Source of the DNA: Mobula hypostoma
Lineage: Eukaryota
Direction of reading: 5' to 3'
Assembly: GCF_963921235.1 (NCBI RefSeq)
Contig: NC_086108.1
Coordinates: 100,504,001-100,568,000 of the forward strand
DNA length: 64,000 nt
Made by a program: the position numbers and the translations under genes. The notes below the pieces were generated by a model. That model saw nothing but the letters and a program-made list of their open reading frames with translations, was not told the DNA's origin and did no database searches. Below, in pieces: positions 62,070-64,000 of the stretch. Numbering within the stretch: the first letter of the stretch is position 1; the number at the start of each line of letters is the position of its first letter.

Positions 62070-62600
62070 AAATAATAACCTGGACTTCTATGCTCATGCC
62101 ATATCCCTGTCACCTTAACAGTGATAGAGTTCCTCTTATCCTTACCTACCACCCCACCAGCATCCATTTCCAACACATCATTCTTCAAGCTCTGCCATCT
62201 CTAAAGAGATTGTACCACTGAATCCCCCTCCCCTACACCCTGCTTTCTGCAGGGATCATTCTAGACCTCTTGAATCTGGTAGGAAAAGAAGATAGTGGAT
62301 GGAATAAAGGGAGGGAGGTGGGGAAGGGAAGAAATGGTGATGGGGGTCAGATTGAACAGGAGGAAAGAGAAAAGAGAAGTGGGACGGTTGAGTGGGGGAG
62401 CAGTTACCAGAAGCTGAAAAATTCAATATTTATGCCTCCAGGTTGCAGACTGCCCAGATGGGAAATGAGGCATTATTACTCTAATTTTTTGTTTAGCCTT
62501 AGCTTGACAGTGATGAAGACCAAAGACAGATGTGGAAATTGGAGTGAGAATTTCAATGGTAATCTTGGACAGTATGGAAAGGAAGGTACCTGTTCAGGTT
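62070..62600. mobile_element. Neptune-like PLE fragments in opposite orientations
   Basis: + strand 'DRVPLILTYHPTSIHFQHII'; - strand 'LISHLGSLQPGGINIEF'. Confidence 0.6.
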
Positions 62601-62612
62601 AAAGTGAATGTA

Positions 62613-64000
62613 CAACTGTGCTAGAAAGTCTGAACCCTTTAGAATTTTCTCTATTTCTGCATAAACATGACCTAAAATCTTCACATAACTCCAAAAACTG
62701 GATAGAGAACCCACTTAAATAATGAACACAAAAAGCATTATACTTATTTATTGAGAAACATTATCCAATGTTACATGTATTTGTTAGAAAAAGTATGTGA
62801 ATCTTTGTTTTCAGTAACTGGTGTGACCCCCTTGTACAGCAATAACTTCAACCAAATGTTTCCATTAACTGTTGATCTGTCCTACCCATCGGCTTGAAGG
62901 AATCTTAGACCATTCCTCCATACAGAACTGTTTCAGTTCATTAATATTTCTGGGATACCTTGCATGAACAACCCTCTTCAGGTCATGTCACAATATCTCA
63001 ATCGGGTTAACATCTGGACTCTGACTTGGCCATTTCAAAACATGAATTTGCTTCTCTTTAAACCATTCTGCTGTTGATTTACTTTTATGTATTGGATCAT
63101 TGCTTTGTGGCACCATCCAACTTCTTCAGCTGATTGACAGCTACCCTGAAACTCTCCTGTAAAATGTCTTGATACAATCTTGAATTCATTGTTCCCTCAA
63201 TGATTGCAAGCTGTCCAGACCCCTCAGCAGCCCCAAACCGTGATGCTTCTTCCACCTTGCTTCACAGTTGGGATGAAGTCTTGTTGGTGTGTAGTACCCT
63301 TTTTCCTCCAAACACAACAAAGTGCATTTCTGCCAAAAAGTTCAACTTTTTTTTTCCCTGCCCACAGAATATTGTCCCAGAAACATTGTGGAACATCCAG
63401 GTGGCCTTTGCAAACTTGAGATGTGCAACGATGTGTTTTTTTTGGGAGAGCAGTCATTTCCTCTGTGGTGTCCTTCCATGAACACCATTCTTGTTTAGTA
63501 CTTATAGTGGACCCATGAACAGATACTTAGCAAGTTCTACAGATTTCTGCAATTCTTTTGATGTTACCCTTGGGTTCTTTTGCACCTCTTTTAGTATTGC
63601 ACATTGTGTTCTCGGTGTGATCTTTGCTGGATGCCCACTCCAAGGGACAATTTCTCTTTCTGTGGACTGATGAACACTCAGGTCTTTAGAAATGCTTTTT
63701 TTTTAAAAAAAAAAAGCCTTTTCCAGCTTCAAGCATCTCTACATTTCTTCTAAGGTCCTCTGAAAGTTGTTTTGATTGAGTCATGGTCTACATAGAGATC
63801 TTCCTTGAGAAATGCAGGCTGTCAGTAAAAAAGATATACAACACAGGTTAAAGGGCTGGGCACCTCTACAACTCACACCTCCAATCTCAATTTACTGATT
63901 GGAACAAATGGCTCCAAATAGCTTTTGTAGTAGGCATTACCCCAGAGGTTTACATACTCTTTTGAACCTAGGCTGTGATTGTTTAAACAGTGTACTCAGT
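62613..64000 (-). mobile_element. Tc1-family transposon, degenerate; continues beyond the window
   Basis: TA|caactgtgctagaaag terminus; - strand 'KVELFGRN...VWRKKG...PTVKQGGRSITVWGC'. Confidence 0.88.

Noticed and set aside
1..64000. CRISPR arrays, rRNA genes or prokaryotic operons
   Set aside because: No regularly spaced repeats or gene-dense structure; the sequence is vertebrate repeat-rich DNA.

Overview
This is vertebrate genomic DNA, intergenic or intronic, and I found no supportable host-gene exon. The repeat landscape (very abundant CR1, Rex1/Babar-type LINEs, V-SINEs, Penelope-like elements) fits a cartilaginous fish best; that assignment is inference. Most of the window is transposable elements, often nested: about a dozen CR1 copies or fragments, Rex1-type LINEs, one 5'-truncated L1, Poseidon- and Neptune-type Penelope-like elements (PLEs), solo LTRs, a Harbinger MITE, two Tc1 remnants, a hAT transposon and tRNA-derived SINEs. 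Three things stand out. (1) A 1260-codon open frame (50655-54437) joins the N-terminal part of a hAT transposase in frame to an uninterrupted CR1 reverse transcriptase. (2) A family of about 180-bp fold-back mini-elements carries minimal hammerhead-ribozyme motifs, and two copies have perfect 14-15-bp target-site duplications (TSDs). (3) Short repeat-free islands contain a near-consensus CTCF site and a paired-homeodomain P3/AP-1 cluster. Repeat boundaries were read by eye and are approximate unless TSD or TIR coordinates are given.
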